Origin: Actinomycetota bacterium
Lineage (GTDB): Bacteria; Actinomycetota; Acidimicrobiia; Acidimicrobiales; UBA10347
DNA: 64,000 nt
Direction: 5' to 3'
Assembly: GCA_039028435.1 (NCBI GenBank)
Contig: JBCCIC010000001.1
Location: 204,240 to 268,239, forward strand
Both the position numbers and the translations under genes were made by a program. Numbering within the stretch: the first letter of the stretch is position 1; each line of letters opens with the position of its first letter. Below, one piece after another: positions 27,000-35,340 of the stretch. The notes under the pieces were generated by a model. It worked only from the letters and a program-made list of their open reading frames with translations. It was not told the DNA's origin and did not search any database.

Positions 27000-29900
27000 A
27001 TGAGCGATGCAGGTAGCGATGTGGGACCGGACGACTACCGGGGCCAGGACATCGACCCCGAGCAGTTCTCGATCGGGGATCACCTGGTCTATGACCGCGA
27101 GGCAGGCCTTTGGTATGACACCGAGGCTGGCACCCTGCACGAGAGCCGCACGTCGCCGCCGCTCGATCCCGACGACTACGAGGACGGCGTCGCCCTCAGC
27201 GACGACAGCCCGATCCTGGCGTTGTTCGACTTCGTGTTCCATCGAGGGGACGAACGCACCGCCGGCGAGGGAACCGATCCCCACTTCGACCTGGAAACCG
27301 GTCGCCTGGTCGACGCCGACGGCAACCTGCTCGCGGTCACCGAAGAACAGCAGGAGCAGCTCGTCTCCAGTGCCAACCAACAGGTCTTCACCGAACTCGG
27401 CATCGAGTCCGACGGGCACCAGTCAGTCGTCTTCGACCCGATCACCGGAAGATGGTACGACCAAGACGGCGCCCTCCTCGACGACGCGCCCAGCCCGACC
27501 ATTCAGATCGATGACGCCAACGCGTTCGCCGCCGCCAACGCCATTCTCGGCAACCACACCGGAGTGGATGGCGCGGAACAGGACCAGTTCCGCAGCTTCG
27601 GGGAAACCCTCGACTCGTTCGGCGACGCGGCACCCGACGGCCTGGTGTTCGACCTTCGAACCAACGCGTTCCACGCGGCCAACGTCGAGTCCGAGGAGTT
27701 TGAGCAAGCGGTCCAGGACCGTGTCGATGAGATCGGCCACCAGTTCGATGACGCGGAGCAAGCCCGCGAAGCGGCCACGCTCTCGGTGCTCGAAGAGACC
27801 CAGATCGGCGGCGGTTTCGCCAACCTCGAGGGCCATACGGTCAAGATCGAGATCGAAGATCCTCTGAATGACGACGTGCAGGTGCGCGAGGTCGACGTGA
27901 TCTTCAACACCGAGACCGGCGCCTTCTATCAGGAGCTCGGCGGCGAGCGTGTTTCGGAGACCATCCGGTTCACCGCCGGCAGCGAACTCGGCCAGCGCGT
28001 AGAGCAGCTCGGCCTCACCGACGGCACCGCAGACGGCGGCGCACTGACCGGCAACGACGAGTTCCACCTGGATCCTGACACCGGCGTCGCCCGGTTCGGC
28101 GATCAAGTTGCCGGTACGTTCGGCTCGCTCGACGACTCGGACCTGATCCGCCTCGACGCCGGCGGCTCGCTCGACAGTGCGGGGGACGAGGGTCAGGGAA
28201 TCCTCGCCGAGAATGTCCGGTATTTCGACCCCGAAACCGGTCGGGTCCTCGACTACCACGGCAATCCACTCCCGGAAACCGACGCCAACGCCGTCGTCTT
28301 CATCTCGCACGACAAGTTCAACGAACTCTTCCCCGACGCGAACGACGAGCTGGAGAGCCGCGAAGGGTACGTCGTCGACCTCCGCACCGGAGAACTGCGC
28401 CGTGACGAGGTCGAGCTCGCCGACGGCACGACCGTCACCCTGAGCGAGATCAGTACCCGCGACCTCGCGACCGATCCACGGCTGCGCCGTGACGGCGACG
28501 AAGTCGAGGCCGCGATGGAGGCCGCGAACGGCGGTGACGGTGGCCTGCTCGTGACCGATCGTGTCGTGGTCGACGAGTCGGCCGGCGTGGCCTTCAACGC
28601 CACCACCGGTGCGTTCTACGACGCCGAGACCGGCCAACAACTCGACGAACCGGTCGACCTCTCACCCGACAGCGCGATCCTCACCGAGCTCGCCGGTCAG
28701 CCACTACGACGCGCGCTCGACCTCGAAGGTGCTGGCAAACTTCAGATCGACCCGCAGTCACTTTCATTGACGGCGGGCGAAGGCGAGCACCTGCGCCTCG
28801 TGACGTCATTTGGCGACGGCACCGTCGTCACGACCCCTAGCGGCTCCTTCGACGAGGCGAGTGGACAGTTCTTCGACCATCACGGCAACCTCGACAACAA
28901 CCAGGACCGCTATGTCACGGTCGCCGAGCTGCTCGAGCAGGCGGAGCGAGACGGCAACGAGGCCCATGTACTCCAACAGCTCGGGGTCCTGGTCGACGAA
29001 CGCGGTGAACTCGACGTCGACCGGGCGACCTTGCCCGACGGCACCCCGGTGAGCGCCCTGGTGGTCGACCGTGCGTCGTTCGGCAGCGACGACGGCGTGC
29101 AGATCACGACGATCAATCCCGAGGAATGGGGCGTCGAGTACCGCAACTCCCCCGACGGGACCAGAGAGGTGATCTACATCGATCGAGCTACCGGTGAGCA
29201 GTACTCGCCGGATGAGTTCCAGCAGCAGGTCGAAGCGGACCTCATTGGTGAGGAGGCCTCGCCGCAGGACCCCGAGCCCGAGCAGCCGGCCGCCCCGCAA
29301 CCGCCGACGGCGGATGAGCAGCCCGAACCCGAACAACCCGCCGCCGAACAACCGGCACCCGAAACCGAACAACCCGAAACCGAACAACCGGCACCCGAAA
29401 CCGAACAACCAGCCGCCGAACAACCTGCACCCGAAGCCGAACAACCAGCCGCCGAACAACCTGCACCCGAAACCGAACAACCAGCCGCCGAACAACCTGC
29501 ACCCGAAACCGAACAACCCGAAACCGAACAACCAGCCGCCGAACAACCAGCCGCCGAGCCAACCGACTACTTCTCCGACGCCGTGCCCGCTACCGACAGC
29601 GATGGTGGCAGCGCCGGCTACTTCGACGACGGCGGTTCGACCTACTACGGCGAAGACAACAACGAGGGCTACTTCGACGACGGCGGTTCGACCTTCTACG
29701 GCGAAGACAACAACGAGGGCTACTTCGACGACGGCGGTTCGACCTACTTCGGCGAAGACAGCAACGAGGGCTACTTCTCCGACGCCGTGCCAGCTACCGA
29801 CCAAGCTGCCGGGTACGCCCCGGTCCCCGAGGCGCCCGCACCCGCGGCTTCTGCGACCCCGATACCCGAAGCCCCAGCCCCGACCGAGACTCCTGCGGCA

Positions 29901-30206
29901 GCCTCGGCGGCAGCGGAGGAAGCCGCGTTCGGTGCCGGAGCCCAGGCTGCGCCTGCGCCCGCGACCGACTTCGGTACCGGCGCTGATACGACCCAGCCCG
30001 TGCCGGCGGCAACGGTCGTCCACACCGAGACCTCGGGCATCCCGGTCGAGCAGCCCGCACCCGAACCGTTGCCGGTCGAGCCGGTGCCGATGGTCGAGGA
30101 GCCCGCGCTTCCGGTACTCGAAGAGCCCACACCGGTGCCTGACCTCGTCCCCGACGAACCGGTGCCGATGGATGATCCCGGCGACATGGGCGCCGCCGAA
30201 GGGTGA
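27000..30206 (+). CDS. Extremely acidic 1068-aa repeat protein with no signal peptide (first gene of the DLP operon)
   Basis: ATG at 27000 preceded by GGGAGG. There are about 10 copies of a (D/E)xx(T/S)Gxx(Y/F/L)Dxx(G) motif, for example PITGRWYDQDGALL and PETGRVLDYHGNPL. These are followed by (EQPAAEQPAPET)n, three copies of GYFDDGGSTYYGEDNNE, and a P/A/E-rich tail. The stop overlaps the next start (GTGA). Confidence 0.7.
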   Translation: MSDAGSDVGPDDYRGQDIDPEQFSIGDHLVYDREAGLWYDTEAGTLHESRTSPPLDPDDYEDGVALSDDSPILALFDFVFHRGDERTAGEGTDPHFDLETGRLVDADGNLLAVTEEQQEQLVSSANQQVFTELGIESDGHQSVVFDPITGRWYDQDGALLDDAPSPTIQIDDANAFAAANAILGNHTGVDGAEQDQFRSFGETLDSFGDAAPDGLVFDLRTNAFHAANVESEEFEQAVQDRVDEIGHQFDDAEQAREAATLSVLEETQIGGGFANLEGHTVKIEIEDPLNDDVQVREVDVIFNTETGAFYQELGGERVSETIRFTAGSELGQRVEQLGLTDGTADGGALTGNDEFHLDPDTGVARFGDQVAGTFGSLDDSDLIRLDAGGSLDSAGDEGQGILAENVRYFDPETGRVLDYHGNPLPETDANAVVFISHDKFNELFPDANDELESREGYVVDLRTGELRRDEVELADGTTVTLSEISTRDLATDPRLRRDGDEVEAAMEAANGGDGGLLVTDRVVVDESAGVAFNATTGAFYDAETGQQLDEPVDLSPDSAILTELAGQPLRRALDLEGAGKLQIDPQSLSLTAGEGEHLRLVTSFGDGTVVTTPSGSFDEASGQFFDHHGNLDNNQDRYVTVAELLEQAERDGNEAHVLQQLGVLVDERGELDVDRATLPDGTPVSALVVDRASFGSDDGVQITTINPEEWGVEYRNSPDGTREVIYIDRATGEQYSPDEFQQQVEADLIGEEASPQDPEPEQPAAPQPPTADEQPEPEQPAAEQPAPETEQPETEQPAPETEQPAAEQPAPEAEQPAAEQPAPETEQPAAEQPAPETEQPETEQPAAEQPAAEPTDYFSDAVPATDSDGGSAGYFDDGGSTYYGEDNNEGYFDDGGSTFYGEDNNEGYFDDGGSTYFGEDSNEGYFSDAVPATDQAAGYAPVPEAPAPAASATPIPEAPAPTETPAAASAAAEEAAFGAGAQAAPAPATDFGTGADTTQPVPAATVVHTETSGIPVEQPAPEPLPVEPVPMVEEPALPVLEEPTPVPDLVPDEPVPMDDPGDMGAAEG
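29616..29768 (+). repeat. Three copies of a 51-bp in-frame tandem repeat (GYFDDGGST(Y/F)(Y/F)GED(N/S)NE) inside the acidic protein gene
   Basis: Copies start at 29616, 29667 and 29718. An adjacent 36-bp ETEQPAAEQPAP array lies at about 29397-29505. Confidence 0.85.
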
Positions 30207-32065
30207 CGGACCAGGCCGCCGTCGACGCGTTCCGCGAGCGCGTCGTCTCCCTGCTCGACACCGGGCGGGCGGCCTGTCGCGGCTACGACCGCGAGGACCT
30301 GATCGCTGGCCTCGACGACGTCAACACCTCGGTCCTCGATCCGGCCACTCGGGTAGTGATCTGTGGCGAGTTCAAAAAGGCCAAGAGCTCGCTGGTCAAC
30401 TCGCTGCTCAAGACCGAGATCTGTCCCGTCGACGACGACATCGCCACCGCGGTGCCGACCAGCGTGGCGCGCGGCGAGACGCGGTTCGAAGCGGTCAGCC
30501 TCCCGAGCGGCGCGGCGTCGGAAGGCGCGGCCGGCGACGAGCCGATGCGCCGAGAGCTCCAGGGGCCGCATGTGCGCAGCGCGATCCTCGATCCGTTCTC
30601 ACTCGACCCACCGGCCGACCTGATCGAGGCAACGCTGCCGAGTGGCCTCCCGGACCTCGTGCTGATCGACACCCCCGGAACCGGCGGCCTCGGATCGGTG
30701 CAAGCGAAGGCCACGCTGGCGACGCTCCCCACGGCGCAGTCCGCGGTCTTCGTCAGCGACGCGTCGCAGGAGTACACCGAAGCGGAGCTGTCGTTCCTGC
30801 AGCGCTGCATCGAGCTGTGCCCCCAGGTGATCTGCGTGATGACGAAGATCGACCTCCACCCGCACTGGCGCACGATCCTTCAAGCCAACACCGAACACCT
30901 GGCCTCACTGGGCATCGAACTGGCGATCATGCCGGTGTCGTCACTCCTGTTCGGTGAAGGCCACCGCCACAAACTCAGCTCGATGATCGAGGAGTCGGGC
31001 ATACCGGCGTTGCTCACCCGGCTCGGGCGCGAGGTCGCCGCCGTCGAAGCTCGGCGGGTCTTTCGCGAGGCCCTCGAGGAGCTGCACCGGGTACTGCAAC
31101 TTCTGCGGGCCCCGTTCGACGCCGAGCGCACCGCGCTCACCGACCCGACGGATCGCGATCGCGCCCTTGCGGAGCTCGAAGCGGCCCAGGAACACGCGGC
31201 CTCGCTCCGGTCGGCCACGGCTCGCTGGCAGGTCATGCTCAACGATGGTGTGAGCGACCTCATGTCCGACGTCGACCACGACTTCCGCAACCGCATGCGC
31301 GACATCGGCGCCGAAGCGAACGCCGTGATCGACGAGGGAGCGCCGCTCGAGATCTGGTCCGAGTTCGCGCCCTGGTTCGAACAGCGGGTGGCCGACGAGA
31401 TCCTGCTCAACTTCGAACTGCTCTCCCAACGCGCCGAAGCCCTCAACGCCGAGGTCGGAGCGCTGTTCGCCGACGAAGGCGGAACCGTCACCGCGGAACT
31501 CGGCGTGTTCGACCCCACGCTCGCCATGGCGCGGGTCAGCGATCTGGACAATCCCGAGTTCTCGACTTCGTCGCGGTTCTCGAACACCATCGCCGGTTTG
31601 CGCGGCGGCCACTCCGGCATGTTCATGTTCCAGACGATCTCGGGCCTGGCGCTCGGTGCCGCGGCGATCACACCGGTCGGCGCGCCGATCGCGGCCGTGA
31701 CCGCGGTCGTTGCGCTCATCAGCGGGCGCAGCGCCGTCAAACAGGGCGCCGAACGCGAAGTCGCACAGCACCGAACGGCGGCCAAGGCTGCAATCCGTTC
31801 CTACACCGACGAGGTCACCTTCCGGATGGGCAAGGAGTTGCAGGCCACCATGCGAGCCGCCCAACGGATGATCCGCGACCACTACACCGTCCGGGCCGAG
31901 GAGCTCCACACCACCGGTGCACGGGCCATCGAGGCCGCCACCGCCGCGGCTCGATCCGCCGACCCCGCCGCAAACGCCGCCCGCGTCGCCGACATCGACG
32001 CCGAGCTCGGTCGTATCGGCGCTGCCGAAGTCGCAATCGCCACGCTCGACGAAGAGCTGCGATGA
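30203..32065 (+). CDS. Dynamin-like GTPase, IniA-like by size and position, with a degenerate Walker A
   Basis: 620 aa with G1 GEFKKAKS (Ala where GK[ST] normally has Gly), G3 DTPG and G4 TKID. Hydrophobic paddle: FMFQTISGLALGAAAITPVGAPIAAVTAVVALISG. The GTG start overlaps the upstream stop. Confidence 0.75.
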   Translation: MTDQAAVDAFRERVVSLLDTGRAACRGYDREDLIAGLDDVNTSVLDPATRVVICGEFKKAKSSLVNSLLKTEICPVDDDIATAVPTSVARGETRFEAVSLPSGAASEGAAGDEPMRRELQGPHVRSAILDPFSLDPPADLIEATLPSGLPDLVLIDTPGTGGLGSVQAKATLATLPTAQSAVFVSDASQEYTEAELSFLQRCIELCPQVICVMTKIDLHPHWRTILQANTEHLASLGIELAIMPVSSLLFGEGHRHKLSSMIEESGIPALLTRLGREVAAVEARRVFREALEELHRVLQLLRAPFDAERTALTDPTDRDRALAELEAAQEHAASLRSATARWQVMLNDGVSDLMSDVDHDFRNRMRDIGAEANAVIDEGAPLEIWSEFAPWFEQRVADEILLNFELLSQRAEALNAEVGALFADEGGTVTAELGVFDPTLAMARVSDLDNPEFSTSSRFSNTIAGLRGGHSGMFMFQTISGLALGAAAITPVGAPIAAVTAVVALISGRSAVKQGAEREVAQHRTAAKAAIRSYTDEVTFRMGKELQATMRAAQRMIRDHYTVRAEELHTTGARAIEAATAAARSADPAANAARVADIDAELGRIGAAEVAIATLDEELR

Positions 32066-32072
32066 GGCGGCG

Positions 32073-33563
32073 ATGAGCCTGATCGACGAGACCCGTTCGG
32101 TGTTGACCGAGGCGCGCGACGCCCTCGCCGGCTCCCCGGCCGGGACCGAGATCGAGGTGTTGCTCGACCGACTCAACGGGCCACTTCGCGTGGCGATCGC
32201 CGGCCGCGTCAAGGCCGGCAAGTCGACCTTGCTCAACGCGTTGGTCGGGAGCCACCTGGCGCCTACCGACGCACGGGAGTGCACCCGGATCGTCACCTGG
32301 TATCGCAATGGCCAGACGTACGGCGCCACCGCACTGTTGCGAACCGGCGCGTCGGAATCGTTGGCGTTCGAGTTCGCCGACGACGAGTTCGCCGTCTCGC
32401 TCGGCGATCTGGCGATCGATGACATCCACGCCCTGCATGTGTTCTGGCCGTCGCGCGAACTCGAGGCGACCACCCTCATCGACACGCCGGGGGTCGGGTC
32501 GATGACCCCCGACGCCGCCGCCCGATCCCACGAGTTCCTCGGCGGCGGAGGCCAGGAAGCCGAGGCCGACGCGGTGCTGTACCTGATGAAGCACCTTCAC
32601 GGCACCGACCTCGACCTGCTGAGCGCATTCCACGACGAAGAGGTCTCGCACCCCAACCCCGTCAACGCGATCGGTGTGCTGTCGCGCGCCGACGAGGTCG
32701 GCTCGGGCCGCGCCGACGCCATGGACTCCGCGGCAACCGTCGCCGCCCGCATCGCCAACGAACCGCCGGTCCGACGACTCGTGTCGACGGTCGTGCCCGT
32801 CTGTGGACTCCTCGCCGAGACGGCGGCCACGCTGCGGGAGAGGGAGTACCGCCTGCTCGCCGCGGTAGCCGCGCTTCCGACCGACGAGCGTCGGATCGGG
32901 CTGCTGTCCGCCGACCGTTTCCGAACCCTCGACGGTGTGCCCGGCCTCGAACCCGCCGACCGGGAGTCGCTGCTCGGCCGCTTCGCCATGTTCGGTCTGC
33001 GCGCCTCGATCGCGGCGATCGGGGGTGGCGCCGCGCCCAGTTCGACCGACCTCGCACGCCTGTTGACCAGACTCAGCGGTATCGAGAACGTCCGTCGACT
33101 ACTCGACACCGTCTTCGCCGAACGCGGCGACGTACTCAAGGCCCGATCGGCACTCGTGTCGCTCGGCGCCGCCCTCGATCGGGCGGGCAATCATCCAGCG
33201 GTCGCCGACCTCGAGCGGCGGCTCGAACAGGTGCTTGCGTCGGCCCACGAGATCGCCGAGCTGCGAGCCCTTGGCACGCTCCGGCTGGACGCCGTGCCCG
33301 CCGAGGGCGACATCCTCGCCGAGGCCGAACGGCTCGTCGGCGGAAGCGGCCGCGCGCCGGCGCGACGTCTGGGCATGCTTGACACCTCGCAGCACGACCA
33401 GCTCCTGGCCGAAGCCCAGCGCAAACTCGGCGAATGGCAGCGCCGGGCCGAGCACCCGCTCAGCGGAGCCGACCTGGTATCACTGTGTCGCGTGGTGATC
33501 CGTTCCTGCGAAGGCATGATTTCCTCGCTGCTCTCCGAGCCAGCATCACCGACGACCTTCTGA
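32073..33563 (+). CDS. Dynamin-like GTPase, IniC-like by size and position
   Basis: 496 aa with G1 GRVKAGKS, G3 DTPG and a G4-like SRAD. The ATG lies 7 nt after the upstream stop. The 5' part of ORF 31917.. overlaps the previous gene and I discarded it. Confidence 0.75.
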   Translation: MSLIDETRSVLTEARDALAGSPAGTEIEVLLDRLNGPLRVAIAGRVKAGKSTLLNALVGSHLAPTDARECTRIVTWYRNGQTYGATALLRTGASESLAFEFADDEFAVSLGDLAIDDIHALHVFWPSRELEATTLIDTPGVGSMTPDAAARSHEFLGGGGQEAEADAVLYLMKHLHGTDLDLLSAFHDEEVSHPNPVNAIGVLSRADEVGSGRADAMDSAATVAARIANEPPVRRLVSTVVPVCGLLAETAATLREREYRLLAAVAALPTDERRIGLLSADRFRTLDGVPGLEPADRESLLGRFAMFGLRASIAAIGGGAAPSSTDLARLLTRLSGIENVRRLLDTVFAERGDVLKARSALVSLGAALDRAGNHPAVADLERRLEQVLASAHEIAELRALGTLRLDAVPAEGDILAEAERLVGGSGRAPARRLGMLDTSQHDQLLAEAQRKLGEWQRRAEHPLSGADLVSLCRVVIRSCEGMISSLLSEPASPTTF

Positions 33564-33573
33564 CAAGGCAGCT

Positions 33574-35340
33574 GTGTCCTACACCCTCGGCATCGACCTC
33601 GGCACGACCTACACCGCCGCTGCGGTCGTGCGCGATGGGCGTGCAGTGACCATCCCGCTCGGTAATCACGGCGCATCGATTCCGTCGGTGGTGTTCGTGC
33701 AAGAGGACGGCAACGTCCTGATCGGCGAGGCGGCGGTTCGCCGGGGCAGCACGGCTCCCGAGCGGATGGCCCGCGAGTTCAAGCGCCGTATCGGTGACAC
33801 CCAGCCGCTGTTCATCGGTGGCGCGCCGTATTCGCCGGAGCAGCTTGCCGCGCGCCTGCTTCGGGCAGTCTTCGACGAGGTGACCAACCGCAACGGCTCG
33901 CCGCCTGACCGCATCGCGGTGACCCATCCGGCGAACTGGGGTGGCTACAAGACCGACCTGCTTCGCCAGGCCATCCAGATGGCCGACATTCGGGTGCCGT
34001 TCGACCTGATCACCGAGCCCGAAGCCGCCGCGGTGTTCTACGCCGAGCAGGACGCCCAGTTGGCGCCCGGCGAGACGATCGCAATCTACGACCTCGGCGG
34101 GGGCACCTTCGACGCCGCAGTGCTGGCTGCAGGACCGAATGGATTCCAGGTGCTGGGTGAGCCGTCGGGCATCGAGCGCTTCGGCGGCATCGATCTTGAC
34201 GCGGCGGTCTTCCATCACGTGATGGGTTCGCTCGATCCGTCGGTAGCCGAGCTGTCGGCGACCGACGAGGCCGCCACGATCGCGCTCCAGCGCCTGCGCG
34301 AGGAATGCACGATGGCGCGCGAGCTCCTGTCGGCCGACACGAGCGTCACGATTCCGGTACTTCTGCCGGGAGCGAACACGAGCGTTCGACTCACCCGCGG
34401 CGAGCTCGAGTCGATGGCCCGGCCGGGCCTCGAGGAGACGGTGCGAGCGCTGGAGCGGACGCTGGCTTCGGCCTCGCTCACTGCCGATCGATTGCGGGCA
34501 GTGGTTCTGATCGGTGGCACGTCGCGCATGCCCTTGGCGACCCAGCTCTTGAGTGCGTCGCTGCAGCGACCGATCGAGCTGACGTCGGATCCCTCCCACG
34601 CCGTCTCCCTCGGTGCGGCACTCGCTGCGTCGCGAGGCCAGACCGGGGCCTCGGCGCCACCGGCCGCTGCGGCGCCACCGGCCCCACCTGCGCCTGCTGC
34701 CCCACCGGCTCCGGCCGCGGACCTGTCGCATCTGCCTCCTCCTCCACCGGCCCCAGCACCGCAACCCGCCGTCGTGGCAGACCTGCCGCCGCCTCCTGCG
34801 CAACCAGCGCCTCCGGTCACTCCGGCTGCTCCGCCCGCCCCGGCAGCACCGGCCGCGCAGATGCCGATCGCGGCACCACCGACCCCGGAGAACCTGCCAC
34901 CGCCGCCGGGCAGTCGGCAATCGCTTCCTCCACAACCAGCGCCCGCGCCACATCCCGACGCCCCGGCGCCCGACGGCACGACCCGCATCTCGATCCCACC
35001 TCCGGTCGCGCAACACCCGGCACCGACGCCTCCGTCGCAGCCGGCACCTCCGCCGCAGCCGGCGCCCGCACCCGACCCCGACGCCGAAGCGCCCCAGGGC
35101 ACGACCCGCATGTCGATCCCGCCCCCGGTCGCACCCCACCCCGACGCCGAAGCGCCCCAGGGCACGACCCGCATGTCGATCCCGCCCCCGGTCGCACCGC
35201 CAGCCACACCGCCGGCGAGCCCGGCGCAGTCGGCGCCGCAGGTCAAACCGCTGAACCCCGACCCGAAGCTTCGGGAGAGCGAGCCGACCATGCTGGTCCG
35301 CCTACCGCTGCCCGACGACGAGGACGACGAAACGCCTTAG
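33574..35340 (+). CDS. Hsp70-family ATPase with the nucleotide-binding domain only, plus a ~235-aa proline-rich tail
   Basis: GIDLGTTYTAAAV, IYDLGGGTFDAAVL, VVLIGGTSRMPL and DPSHAVSLGAALAA form a complete actin-fold NBD. No beta-sandwich substrate-binding domain follows. Instead the tail is P/A-rich, with three PDA.AP.GTTR(M/I)SIPPPVA motifs and an acidic end DDEDDETP. Confidence 0.75.
   Translation: MSYTLGIDLGTTYTAAAVVRDGRAVTIPLGNHGASIPSVVFVQEDGNVLIGEAAVRRGSTAPERMAREFKRRIGDTQPLFIGGAPYSPEQLAARLLRAVFDEVTNRNGSPPDRIAVTHPANWGGYKTDLLRQAIQMADIRVPFDLITEPEAAAVFYAEQDAQLAPGETIAIYDLGGGTFDAAVLAAGPNGFQVLGEPSGIERFGGIDLDAAVFHHVMGSLDPSVAELSATDEAATIALQRLREECTMARELLSADTSVTIPVLLPGANTSVRLTRGELESMARPGLEETVRALERTLASASLTADRLRAVVLIGGTSRMPLATQLLSASLQRPIELTSDPSHAVSLGAALAASRGQTGASAPPAAAAPPAPPAPAAPPAPAADLSHLPPPPPAPAPQPAVVADLPPPPAQPAPPVTPAAPPAPAAPAAQMPIAAPPTPENLPPPPGSRQSLPPQPAPAPHPDAPAPDGTTRISIPPPVAQHPAPTPPSQPAPPPQPAPAPDPDAEAPQGTTRMSIPPPVAPHPDAEAPQGTTRMSIPPPVAPPATPPASPAQSAPQVKPLNPDPKLRESEPTMLVRLPLPDDEDDETP
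35076..35201 (+). repeat. Two copies of a 63-bp in-frame tandem duplication in the Hsp70-like tail
   Basis: Copies start at 35076 and 35139 and their first 58 nt are identical. A degenerate third copy lies at about 34951-35010. Confidence 0.85.
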
